A DNA stretch of 64,000 bases from Amoebophrya sp. A120 (Eukaryota > Protista > Dinoflagellata). Numbering within the stretch: position 1 is the first letter of the stretch; each line of letters begins with the position of its first letter. Below the pieces are notes generated by a model that worked only from the letters and a program-made list of their open reading frames with translations, ran no database searches and had not been told where the DNA came from. A program made the translations under genes and the position numbers. The stretch spans positions 3,125,014 to 3,189,013 of the forward strand of contig CAJINV010000004.1 in NCBI GenBank assembly GCA_905178155.1. The letters are read 5' to 3'. Positions 37,239 through 49,500 of the stretch are shown here, one piece after another.

Positions 37239-39107
37239 CTAGTACTTCTCCCGGTGTCGCGGCCGCGGAACTTTTTCCTCCTCCACATTACCAAGCCCGA
37301 AATACTGGTCCCAATACGGGGTCCCGAGAAATAGCACCAAGGGTGCCGTGAAGAAGTAAAACAGCGGGGAGAAGTTGCTGCCGACCACGAACAAATACCC
37401 TAGACACCCGAAGGTCGTGGAGAACACGCACAGCACGTCGAAGATGCCCATGAAGCTGTGCGCCACGAACCCGGTCAGGTAGCCGAACGCCAAACCGAAA
37501 AAGAGCCGAAAGGGGTTGTTGCTGGTGTCGCGCATCACCAAAAGGTTCACCAAATTGCTGGCCGCCTCGTTGGCAGAACCAACCTCCTGAAACGGGGCCT
37601 GTTGATAGAGAATTTCAATTTCATCATTAACATTAAGTACATGATCTAGGTTGGTGCTATGTCGATGTCGTGCTCGCTCAGAGCAACATGTGCTATGTCG
37701 TATTCAGTGTCGTCCCTGCTTGTGCTGCTTCTCAAAAATACATATAAGATTTTTATACCGCTTCCCTTGGCGGCGCCGGTACTGCCCGGCGGTGCACGTC
37801 AATCGCGGAGGGTTTCTTCCTTTTCGTCGGCTGGATCCCGTATTCGTTCGTATTGACCTTTGTCTGCGGCGATATGGATTGTAAAAATGTCTGGGTCTGG
37901 AAGATTGCAACTTGTCATGCTAAATCTGAATCATGCAGAAATCTGTGTTGCATGAGTGCCAAACGGTGTCCACTTTCGACCAAGTTTGGCGGGATTTTCC
38001 CATGCAGGACAGGCATGGCAGAGACCTCACAGACTCTGTCACGCTAGGTCCCGCATTCCAGACCTCAGCCTCACGAGTCATGGAAAACCTGCATGACAAG
38101 TTTACACTTTTCCAGACCCAGACATTTCTGCAATTGATATGCGAAGTGGAGGAACCACTTGCGGCCGGAGATGACGACGCGGTAGAGGAAAACGACCTGC
38201 TGGTCATGGGAGTGGGAGAACAACTTGTGGCGGTCAAATAACCACTGGCAAAAAGCGAAGTCGCACTGGTTCTTTGGGACTTCTGAAACAGCTGCATCCT
38301 CGGTGTTGCGAAAACGCCCCCAGAGGTGGCCGCACCAGGAGATAGTTGTTTTGTTCTAATCCGTCCGCTACAAGTAGAACTACACGGCACCATGACAGGT
38401 GCCGTCTGCGGAACCCGAACTGCACTCTTGTGAAGATCAAAAGCCTGCTCTGCTGCGATGTTCTCCACATCCGCTGCGTATTTCCGGATTATATTTACAT
38501 GATCTGGTGCGGAAAGAAGATTAAGATTTTTTCTTCCCCAAAAAGTATCAACAAACGGCCTGCCGTCTATTCTTGCAGTTGTTGTGTCTGGCGCCGCGCC
38601 AGCGGAGGTCAGCAGACTTCTTGCTTGGTGTGCGGCGTCACCAGTCGGAGCCGTTTGTGATGGATGCCTTGCAAGGACTCCATGTCCTCGGTGGTGTTCA
38701 CTTCTTGCAGCTCCCTGGTGGAATAATTTCGCACGGGTGGAGGTCGTAGTCGTGGGAAGTCTCATTGGCAGTACTGTCTGGCAGGTGTGACCACTCCAAT
38801 CTCTCCTCGTCGGGAAGAAATGCAAGCTCCTCGACGTCCCCGCCGCAGATGCTCGTCCGCTCGCTGTGCCAAAGTTTCTTCTGCATGTGAAACGACCAGG
38901 CACAACGTCTGCGCATGATGCGCCTCCTTCCTTCGTCCCAGAGACATGTGATCGAAAAGCGCTCGCGCCGTTCGACCGATGGAGTCCACCATGGGAAAGG
39001 TATGCATAGGCTGCCGATTTCTGTCCACCAGACGGGCGGAAACCGCGCGCAGCCGTCCGCATGGTTTGCATGAGGGAAGAGGCAGCGGTCGCTGCACCAG
39101 GTGCCAT
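37239..39107 (-). CDS. Hypothetical membrane protein with an R/S/A-rich N-terminus (possible mitochondrial presequence); 3' end uncertain
   Basis: ORF 37920-39107 continues in frame across the element at 37873-38139; downstream hydrophobic exon RLFFGLAFGYLTGFVAHSF...GTPYWDQYFG. Confidence 0.6.
37873..38139. mobile_element. TIR introner, family A
   Basis: Family A TIRs; TSD GGCGA/TGCGA. Confidence 0.9.
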
Positions 39108-39999
39108 GGTTTCGATGCCTGCGGTATTTCAATTTGCAGTGCGAGTGCGAAGTTGCCGCCAGAGCTAGACTTCTTGTAGTGCTGTGTCTGTAGTGCTACT
39201 TTATTACACGTGTTCTAGTCATGCTAATGGGTCGACACAAAAAAGAAAAAGAGACCAATAGGATGCCATGCTAGTTGTTGAAGTTGAAGAGCTGAGTGTT
39301 TGTTTACATTCATGTAAACGTAACTACTTAAGTATCTGAGAATGAACGTGGGTCCTGTTCCTGACTGAACATTTGTTCGGACCAGGTTTGGTGCACTTCA
39401 TTGAAAAAAGTCGGGCAATTCAACAAAACCGGGATCGTGCGCTTCATCAAAAGTGGTTGCATGCGTGAAGCTGACTGAGAATCAATACCGCAATGCTGGA
39501 TCAGAGAAAGAAGAACAGGTAGGTGTGCAGCTGGAGCGCTAGAGGTGCAGGTGTTTTTGTCTCATTCGGGTACTTAGTCGACTGATGAACACGACACAGA
39601 GACTACAACGCACAAGCATCTTTTGTTCGCTGCGCGACATTGTTCTCACGAAGTCATACTGATGGCGCGGTGCCATAATCGCAATCGCTCTCCTGCTGGC
39701 TCGATTACTTAATATGTGAAAATATAATTTTTCATGGCTTATCATCATCATCATTTATCCTGCACTTATATTTCTTTTCCTTTCGGCTTTGGTATTGATT
39801 CGTATTCCGTGAAACAACTTTATCTTTACCTTTGTTGCAAAATAATCAACGACACCGCGCCGAATATGAACAGCTTTTTTGATCTTTCGGAATACGCAAG
39901 AAAAAAAGCTCCAGTGCTCGGGCTTGGCCTCATGGCCTTGTCGCTCCGGCGCTTGAATGAAATGCACTTGCTGCTTGTTCGTCGTAGTTCAAAAACAAT

Positions 40000-41660
40000 T
40001 TACCGTTCTGCCCTACTGGTACTGTCTGTGTTTCTCCTTCTGTTCGCTTGTTGAAACAAGGAAAAATACAGGTTGTAAAAGGAGATCGTCAATGCCGAAG
40101 CCGGTGCAAGCCACACAACGCGGGTGAGAATTCCCTTGCTGTGAAGTCGCAGATATCGTCGTGTGCTGACGTCAAGTCTCGTGCTTTCCCCGGTGCTGCC
40201 GGTGCAGCCACCACTTTTGCTTCCTGCTTCTGTCATGCTACTCCTGCTTTGCGTGTTATGAGAGTCAGAAAACATCATGAGCAACCCACCACCGAGTCCG
40301 GCCTGTGCTCGTGTTTTCAAAACGTCCACCGGGTACGTCAAGGCGGCAGCAATTGTGCCAGCGAGGAGCCCTCGAGTGACGTCGTCGGCGAAAAGAAGCG
40401 CTGTAGTTTCCCCTGTCGATACTTCAACTTCCTGTGTCGTGGCGTTCGCGGCTGTTCTTCTTTCAACACCTTGTATTTCATTGGCGAGGACGTCCTCGAC
40501 CATCCCGTCATTAGCACCGGTCGTCGCTGATTGCGGACGCACCGGCTGCGGCGGTCGTCGTGGTCGTCTCCCGTCTCCTGTCATATTACGCGCAACGTCA
40601 CCATGAACATCATGCGGGGGAGGTTGAGGTTGTTGTAGATGCACCTCCGGCACAGGACGCTCCTCCGTTGTAGTAGCAGTATTTGTAATTCGTTCGTCCC
40701 CGCCTCGCCACTTTAGCTGCTCGTAGATTCCGAAATAGATCGCGAAGTACGGCACCCAGGTCAGGTTCGCGAAGAAAAGCCCACGGTAAATTTTCTTCAA
40801 AATATTGATAACCGGGATGAAGTATCAAATGTAAAAGTGTCTGGGTCTGGAAGAATGCAAGTTTGTCATGCTTGTCTGGCATGACTCTTAAATCTGTCAT
40901 GCACATTACCAAAGAGCCCCACTTTTTTGTCATGCAGAAACGTACTTTGTCATGCAGAATAGGCAACACCTAGAAGCTCAGAAACTTGTCATGCTGAGCC
41001 AGCAATTGTGGCCTCCTCATGATATACCACACAGCATCACAAGTTTCCAGACCCAGACATTTTTACTTTTGATATGAAGAACTTCTGCGTTTGGGGCCGT
41101 GCGGAACTTCTACTCTGAGCAGGTTCGCAGTGCTTCTCCTGGAGCTGCTGCTGCAGAAACAAGTTCTGCAACGTCTTGCGCGTGGAGGTTTTTTCAACGA
41201 AAGAAGTCTCCTTGACGACTTCCATGGGACAGTACACCAGGTTCGCCGCGACGCTCGCCGCTGTGCTCGCGAGCAGAATCTGCTGCAGGTGGTCATTTAT
41301 TGAAGATGATGTTTCAACACGACTTTGAGCAGGTAGTTCATCCACGACTTCTTCCTGCTCGTTGCAGCTGCTGGTGCCCCTGCTGCTCGTCGTCCCACTC
41401 CTCACCTGTGTAGCAGATGACGACGCAGCCACTGTCGCCGTCGCGCTCCTTGCCCGCATGTGCTCATACACCAGATAAAACACGCCATTCCCCGGGGCTC
41501 CCAGCGCCGCCACCGCGGGAAACCCGCGGTAGACCGCGGCCAACGACCGCAGGCCGGCGGTGGAGCTGCGGGTCTGGTACAGACATTTCAGATGGTCGAT
41601 GGGGTGGAGCAGCAAATCCGTGGACAAACCAGCACAAACACCGGCGAGGAACGAGTCCAT
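40000..41660 (-). CDS. Mitochondrial carrier family (SLC25) protein
   Basis: Three Px[D/E]xx[K/R] signatures (HPIDHLK, CPMEVVK, YPVDVLKTR) plus VYRGF and IYRGL; the two ORFs join as KFFIPVINILKKIYRG. Confidence 0.9.
40823..41074. mobile_element. TIR introner, family A
   Basis: TSD TGAAG; near-identical reverse complement of 59135-59386. Confidence 0.93.
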
Positions 41661-43581
41661 AGTTACTGTTGAGCAGGGCAGCTGCTTCGAAAGAGGGCCA
41701 TACTAGCAGCGGCGAAAGATGAACTGACACTATCACCAAGTAGAGAAGCACGAGGAAGATTCTTTAGAAATTCATTGACGTTCAGAATCACATCATTGCA
41801 GCTGGAAGTGCATATAAAGGCAAACGCACAACCCACACGGCTCCTGCGCTAGGAAACTAATCGCGCGGATTCGTACTTCTACAACTCTACTTTCGAAACG
41901 CCTGGATACACGGGCACTATTCTTAGTAGAGCAGGTAGATTACAGTCATCTGTGCTCCTTTTCTCTGCAGCTCCACAGAACGGAGCCGACTCCACTCATG
42001 ATCCCAGGACCTCGGCAGAATTGTAATACTGGCAGCCGCCCCCGCTCCGAGATAGAGGTCTCTACTTGAGGTAGTTCTTGATCTTCATCTGGATCTGAAA
42101 AATCTTGTGAGTTTTATTCTCGAAAGCCGAAGTAGAACCGAGTGACAACATGAACATATTGATTATTAGATTTTCACACTTTTCTTGTCATACAAGTTCG
42201 CGCTCTCTCACCACATCTGGATTCACCACCTCCCGCAGGGGCAGGTTGTAGATCGAGGCGGAGGCGGCACGTCGATGTTCATGTTCTCTTGCTGTTTGTG
42301 TTTCTACTTCGACTTCCCTCGTGGTTACTATTCGACGAACAGGAACAACGTGTTTAGTAAATACTTACATTGGTTCTTCTGCTGGTGAAGTAGATTTTTT
42401 TCATGGATCATGTTCACGTTGCGCATGAAATCATGTCTCAAATCACAGTCTCCCTTTCTATCAGTACTGGACAATCGCCATCGCTAAACATTTCGACACC
42501 TGTCGAATGGATAGTACGGAGCGCACTTCACCTGAATGTACATACAGACCTCTCACTGCTGTATATATAATGGTTTTAGTCTCGTGCTGCTCCATACATG
42601 GCGCAACCTAGTACCGCAATGCCTTTAGGCCGCACCGTGGCCCCGCTCGCGCATCGATCAGCCGCAAGTAGGGACTGGAATGATTCACATGCGGATAAAG
42701 TACATCGACGCTCCTTGATGTTTTCTTTCCGGTTCTTGTCCGGAGTTGTTGATACAGGTACTACAGTGCTGCCGTCGCCCAGCACATAGTACTCGTCACT
42801 GGTTCCGCAACCCCAGAAAATTGTCGGTGTACAAGCCAGCACTTCTTCATGTTGTTGTGTACAAAGTGCTACACCTACAGCACATCTTCTACGTTGAATC
42901 TTTATTTTGTTTGAGTATCATAATCATACAGGTGGTCGTCGTCGTAGCACAAATTTATTTTTCTTGAGTTTAGTGCTGTAAATAAACGTTGTCCTTCGTT
43001 CATCAGTGCAAGTTCAAAACGTCACAATATTTTGACTTCTCTGTCTAATAGTTTTTTTCAACGGCGAAAGAGAAAGTAGTTGTACAACTCGTCACTACAA
43101 TAATGATTTCCATAAAGATTCTTTCAACGGCGAAAGCACGACCGCCTTTTCGTCACAAAAAGGATTTCCATAAATTTGGTACTTTCCACCGCGAATAGCA
43201 ACGAACTACAACAAGGCTGATATAATCCTGTCGTTCCTACAGTAGGAACCTACAGCTACACCTACTTGTTGAGTGTGGGAGGTCTACATAATAAAGTACG
43301 TGCGCAGCAGATGCAGAGCAGATGTTGAAGAATGATCAGAAAAGATGCCTGTAAAAGAAACATGTAGATCCATCGAGTTCAACAACTTGTATGGTCGGCG
43401 GCGTGTACTTGTTCGTAATGCCTTCCGATACCGATTGAAAATACTTATTTCTATTTGTAGTTCATGCTGCTCGTTGACACTTTCAGTAGTTGTAGATAGA
43501 TACCTGGCAAGAATTATAGATTCTTCGCTGCGATCAGCTCGACCTGCTCGCACTCGTCGCAAGTGCGTTTACGTTTTTTCC

Positions 43582-46500
43582 TTACACTAGTCCGGCTCCT
43601 GCTCCGGCCGCAGCTCCAGCTCCCCCGGTCGCTCCCGCATGCGCCCCTGCAGCTGCTCCTGCCGCGGCCGCATGGTGACAACAACAAAACCAGCATCCGG
43701 CCGCGCCCGCGCCCAACGCAGTCACCGTCCCGCACACGCACACCACCTCTTTCGGCAGACACTGCACACACTTCGTACAACCCTCGACGCCCGCCCTCAG
43801 TCCATCCGCAGCCAATTGGCAGCCCCAGCGCAGCGGCACGCAACAGCAACAGTGCAGACACTCACAGCAGCTCTGCACACACGGGTAGAAAATCTTGCCG
43901 CAGCAAGATTGAACTGCCGGCCAGAACAATGAGCAGCACAAAAAATCACACCCCTGAAACACAGGTTTGATCACATTCGTCGCAAAGACCTCGCACCCAC
44001 GACCGCAATCCTGACCCAGGCCACCTGCGAGAATGCAGCAGCAGGAGCAACAGGTTTCGCACAAACCCAGGTCTGACTCAGAGTTCCGCTCGCATTTGCA
44101 GCACGGATTCACGCAGGAAGGCGGGATGGCGCCGTTGTTCAACTCATCACTTTCTCGTCGCTCGCACAGCTTCCGGCAGCACACCCCGGCACAGCACCGC
44201 CTGGCGTCGTCCATTGCGGCGCCCGCCTCCACGCAGCACCCCTTGCCCACGAGCGTACAGCCAAATTTGCACCCCCCGCGGCAAACGGAGCTCTTTCCAA
44301 GCGCGCAGACCCATCTTCCGTACTGAAAGCCGTAGGCGCCCGCCCAGAGGAGCGGCCCGATACACGAGTCGAACACGTCTCGCGACCCGAGGGTGAGCGG
44401 CCCACTCGCCCAGGGGGACGTGTACGTTGGCAGAGCCACGGGACGGCGGCTTGGTGGTGGAGATTGTTGTTGGCGTCCTTCTCCTCTTTCTGCCTCGTCG
44501 AGATTTAATATGCCGTCCTCGCTGACGCCGACGTTTTCAAAATCTGTTTCCCCCACCCAATACTTGTCGCACAGGTTCTGCCCCCCTTCTTTGCACAGTA
44601 TCGCGGTCCGGCGCGAGCTCTCGCAGCAAACGCGGGTCGGGCACCCGCCGAACAGACAGCACGTCGCCAGCGTGAGACCGGTGAGAGCGAGGTTGGCGGC
44701 GGGTTGAAGCACCGGGTCGCAGACGCTCTGCGCGCAGCAGCTAAGGCACTCGGGCAGACCACAGCCCTGCTCACAGTGCGGAGTCTCGTTGGTGCAACAA
44801 CTACGTGGTCTTCTATATGGCATTCTCAAACGTTTTTAACGCTCTCGTACTGTTTTACATGATTTTTCATGCAAAATTACCACAAGCCGCTAGACTACCA
44901 AGCTACTTCGCATGGCACATTCTCGAACTCGAGCGAGGGGCTATTATTAAACAGCGCCTTTATCTAAATCAGTGCTATATTTGTGATGCGAGAGTTGCAA
45001 GCTTGCCGCTTTATCTGTTCTTGCTGTTCTTGCGTCACAAATTCATGTAACAGTTGAGAATGTACCGTTTGAGAATAATTATTCCATAGTTTACTCGACG
45101 AGGTGGAGGTGGTGGCCCGGTGACCTTTCTTCTTCGAGTTTGATTTCTTCTTGCTCCTGCTTCTCGTCCTCTGGTTACCATCCCGGCGAAATAAGTTCCT
45201 TGATGTAGTCCGAGGAGAAGATCCTGAAGATGCATGATTGGGGTCGTCGTCCTGGTCTTGTAGCTGCTGCGGGGGCCCTGCTCCTCCCTCGTCCTCCGAG
45301 CTGCAGCTGCAGTCGGAGGACCCACCTTCGCTGCCGCTTTGCTGCGACGTCGACGCTTCATCATCTGAGCTGCGGTCTTGATGTCTACCGCGGCCTACGG
45401 AGCGAGGTCCTCGACGTGCACCAGAAACTGAAACTGGACCTCCTGCTACCCGCCGCTGCTGCAAACCACTACTGCTGGAGGATGTTCCATCACCGGTCGT
45501 ACCCATCTGCATCTGGGCCGGGGGAGCCGCAGCGGCGGGGGACCTTGGTCCATGTTGTTGATGAACTACAAGCGAGCTTGGCATCATGGTCGACGTCGTG
45601 GTCCTCTGCTCGTGATAATCATGTAGGCCTAATTGAACTCCAGCTCCTGCACGAGGACCGTCCTCTTGTGGTCGTTGTGACAGAACGAGTCCCTCCGGTC
45701 CTAGATTCGGCCGCACAGAAGATTCTTCCGCTTCCACTCCGGCCGCCACGTAAACGGGCCAATCTTTCTCGGCTATCGGCGCACCCGGTCGGCAGCCACA
45801 CGCCTCCACGCAATTGCTCAGCTTCTTCCCTAGGCCACACCAGTCTTTTTTGTCCACCCAGGGGGGCATGTTGATTCGCAACAACTCGAAGCGGTCGTCA
45901 AGCTCTTCTTGCGAAAGGGAACGGTAACGGTTCCGCAGTTGTTGTCTCATCACCTTGTCAAACGCGGTTGCATGGGCATGTGTTCAACACGTGACTTTTC
46001 GTTGATTTTTTGTCACGCAGACCCACAACTAAGAATGACCAACTACATGAAGAATGATCCACGGCATGAAGATCTTCAGGCTGGTAGTTCGCATAACATC
46101 AAGCTTGCAGCCATGTAAAAAATGGCATGGAAATATTATCCCGTGCCAGAGTTGTAAACGCAAAATGCAGCGCGAAGAAAGTGCTTTCGTCCCTCCTTGG
46201 TGCTATTCTTGCATCACAAGAAACCAGGCAAAAATTATGTATACTGAAACTGATGTGAAGATGTCCATGCAACGTTTCTTGAGAAAGCCATATCAAGCCG
46301 GTGAGTGTTGTGTCCCTCCACGACAGCGGCGGCGCGGTTTCGCCAACCAGAGGCGGTCCAGGACGTTTCGCCTTTCCCCTCAGCTTCTTTCTGCGCCGCT
46401 TCTGCCAAAAGCGCCTCCAGGGTTATCTGGACCAGGGTCGTTTTGCTGCGCGCCAGATTGACGCAGCGTGCCTGTTGCAGCAGTAAGCGCTGAATGAGTA

Positions 46501-49500
46501 AGGACGTCCGCTGCAGCGAGGGCTGGCCGCAGCAACAGATCCAGGAGCAACAATTACCACAACACCCCGCGTTGAATTCCCCGGTTTCTTCGTCTAGACA
46601 CGAACCTCCGCAGCCCGTCGAAAGCGCTTGGTCCACGGTTCCATCGTCGCCCAGCAGAAAACGCTTTAGGTGGTCCAAAGCCTGGAGCTCGTCCTTAAGC
46701 GTCGCAGCTTTCACTTCGGCGTCGCCGTGGTGGCGCGGCTGGTCGTGTTGAGGAGAACTACTTCTAGCGGCATTTCTACTTCTAGAGCCTGACATCGTCC
46801 TCGAGCCTGCACGTCTACCTCTTCTTCTACTACCGCCGCCACCGGCTCCTCGCCCACCGGGGCTCCTCACGCCGGCGGGCGAGCCGGAGCCAACAGGCTC
46901 TGGGTCTGGGCTCGTACTTCTACTTCTACTGGAGGACGACAACGCGCCGGAAGGGGAGGACGCGGAGGCATCAATACTTCTGCTTCGAGCAGGATTTTTC
47001 GACTGAACATCATGCACTTGTCCTTCGTGCTTGCTGTACTGCTGCTGTAGTTTCGCCTGCAATTCGTCCTCTCGGTCGTGGATCAGCTGTAACGCCGCTT
47101 CCTGTGCGATCCTCCTGGCGGAACGTGAGAAGCTCCAGGGAGGCCGCCCTGTCCCGTTGTTCCTCGTAACACCTGCAATTTCATTACTTGCGTCCCAGCG
47201 TGCCTCAGCGAAGGTGCGGTTTCTTCTCGGTTGGTTATGGTTCCGGCTTCCTGTCGTTCCTGATGCTGATCCAGGCGCTGCGCGACCTTCGTCTTGTCCG
47301 AGTTGTCCGGTCCGTAGCATAATCTGACGCACTTTCTCGATTTCGCGGGACTTGCGCTGTTCCTTTTTGCGCGAGCGTGTCGATGACTTCTGTCTAGCTT
47401 GTTCCCAGATTTGGTCTATCAAATGTAAAAATGTCTGGGTCTGGAAACTTGTGATGCAAGTTAGTCGATATACAAATGCACTGTAATGCGCCGCCAAGCA
47501 TGACAAGTTGTTTCGTGCTTCTGTGCTGCGTATTCCGCATGAGAAACTGCGTTTTTGCATGACAGGCGAGAGAGGCTGTTTGTGGCCACGCAAGACAGAT
47601 TTAAGGGCCATGCCAGATCAGCATGACAAATCTCGCAATCTTCCAGAGCCAGACATTTTTACAGTTGATATGGTCGAACCTGCTCTCCCAATCAAGCGCG
47701 AGGAATGCGTCCTGCGGTAGCTGTATAACAGTGCACAACTCCCCCTCCCCCTCATTTGTATAGCATGAACAGCAATACAAGCATCAGCAAGAATGCCGGT
47801 TTTACATGACAAATTTCCACTGGATTACAGTGCTATTTGGGCCACCAGAACTTGTCATGCAAACAGTGCCAAAAGGCAAAGGGGGAAATTAGTATTTTGC
47901 ATGACAAATGAGGGGGAGGGGGAGTTGTGCACTTTCATAAGCTGCGCGAGGGATTGACAACACGGCAGTGCGCACGCCCGTTTGAGACCTTCCGCAGCCG
48001 CGACAGCCGGCCAGCAACACACCGCAACGCGACCCGCCTGCAGTAGACACGTATCCTCCGCCCCATAATTGCCCTTGTGAAATCCCGCATCCCTGGCCTC
48101 GTGACACGACACACCGAAAGCGCCGGCACGGACTGCGGGCGAGCTGAAGAATTATAAATGCAAACATGTCTATGTCTGGACGAGGGTCCTCTGGATGAGT
48201 GCATGCCCTAGCATTTGATGTCGTGATGTAGTTTCCTTGTGTGATCATCCTAAATGTCCGGCATGCTAGTTGTAGGCCTAGCATGTTTATATACAGATTT
48301 TGACGAGACGGGAAACTGTTCTGCTCAATGCCTGCTAGTCCGCATGACACACTTTTGTGCCGTAATCTGAAATAATTCGAATCACGACAATTGCGCATGT
48401 TAATGTTTATCTTTGGTCCAGACGACCTCCCAAACATCTAATGTTTTTGCAGTGGATAATGTATCGTCAAGAAGCCGCGTCTCGCTGACTACGTCTTCCA
48501 ACGGCAGGCCTCCAGTCCCACCCGGAGAAGATGTTGTTGCTCCAGGTCGCGTGGTGGGTGCAATACTTTCATGCCATTGCCACTCGCGATCACGACTTTT
48601 AGGATCTGTATTTTGCCAAAACAAGCCGTCCGCCAGTGCGATCATGGCCAAGCTCAAGTGCTGAAGCTTCACCGCGCGAACCCCTTTTGCTTCCAATTTC
48701 TGCAGCGCCTCTTTCTTGAAAAGCTCCAATTGTAATTGCTCTTCAGGTGTTGCTTTTTTCGATGTTTGGCGGAGAATTTGTTTGTCGATGATTTTTTGTA
48801 ACCCCGTCGCGGGCACGATCTGGGAGTATGGAAGCGTCAGGTTTGAAATCGTTAAAGTTGATATAGATATAGTTTGTCATGCATAAAATGCAGCCCTCTA
48901 AGTGCCTGTCTTGCAGAGTAGACAAGTGAGGCAGATTGTAAGCCTGTTGAGGGGTAGAAACTGAGCCGCTAAAGTAGCATGACAAAAGGCGTCTTCCTTA
49001 CCCAAACAGCATGACAGACTGGATTTCGGCTCTACCCAAATTTGTCATGCGCCACTTGGAAAATGTAAATGGGTCACAACTTTCATCCATTTTATGCATT
49101 ACAAGTTCTTTCAACTTTGTCGATTTCAATCCTGACACATCCATAGGGAGCCCGGGTTCCGGATGGGGTTCCGGGTGTGCGGGTGGGTGCGGTTATCATC
49201 CACCCAGCGACGCAAGTGCGCTTCCTCGTAGTAATACGGGATTTTTACCACCACACTGCTGTCCTCGGCATTTGAGGTTGTGCGGACAAATTCGATCTCA
49301 CGACCGTCGCCGTCTACTGGACTCTCTGGTAGAAGTTCCAGCATATCGCACTATTGCAAGGAAAAATCCCCCCTCCCCATATTGAAACCGTATCCGTCTG
49401 AAAATTTGTGATGCGCATTTGCGACCTCAAATCCTGTCTGTCTTGCAAGAAGGCAAGTCCAAAGAGCGCCCCGCATTTTGCAGGCGGTTTGTGATGCTCT

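Noticed and set aside
42576-42842. 88-aa minus-strand ORF as a separate gene
   Set aside because: Short, non-ATG start, no motif; it could be a downstream exon but cannot be supported.
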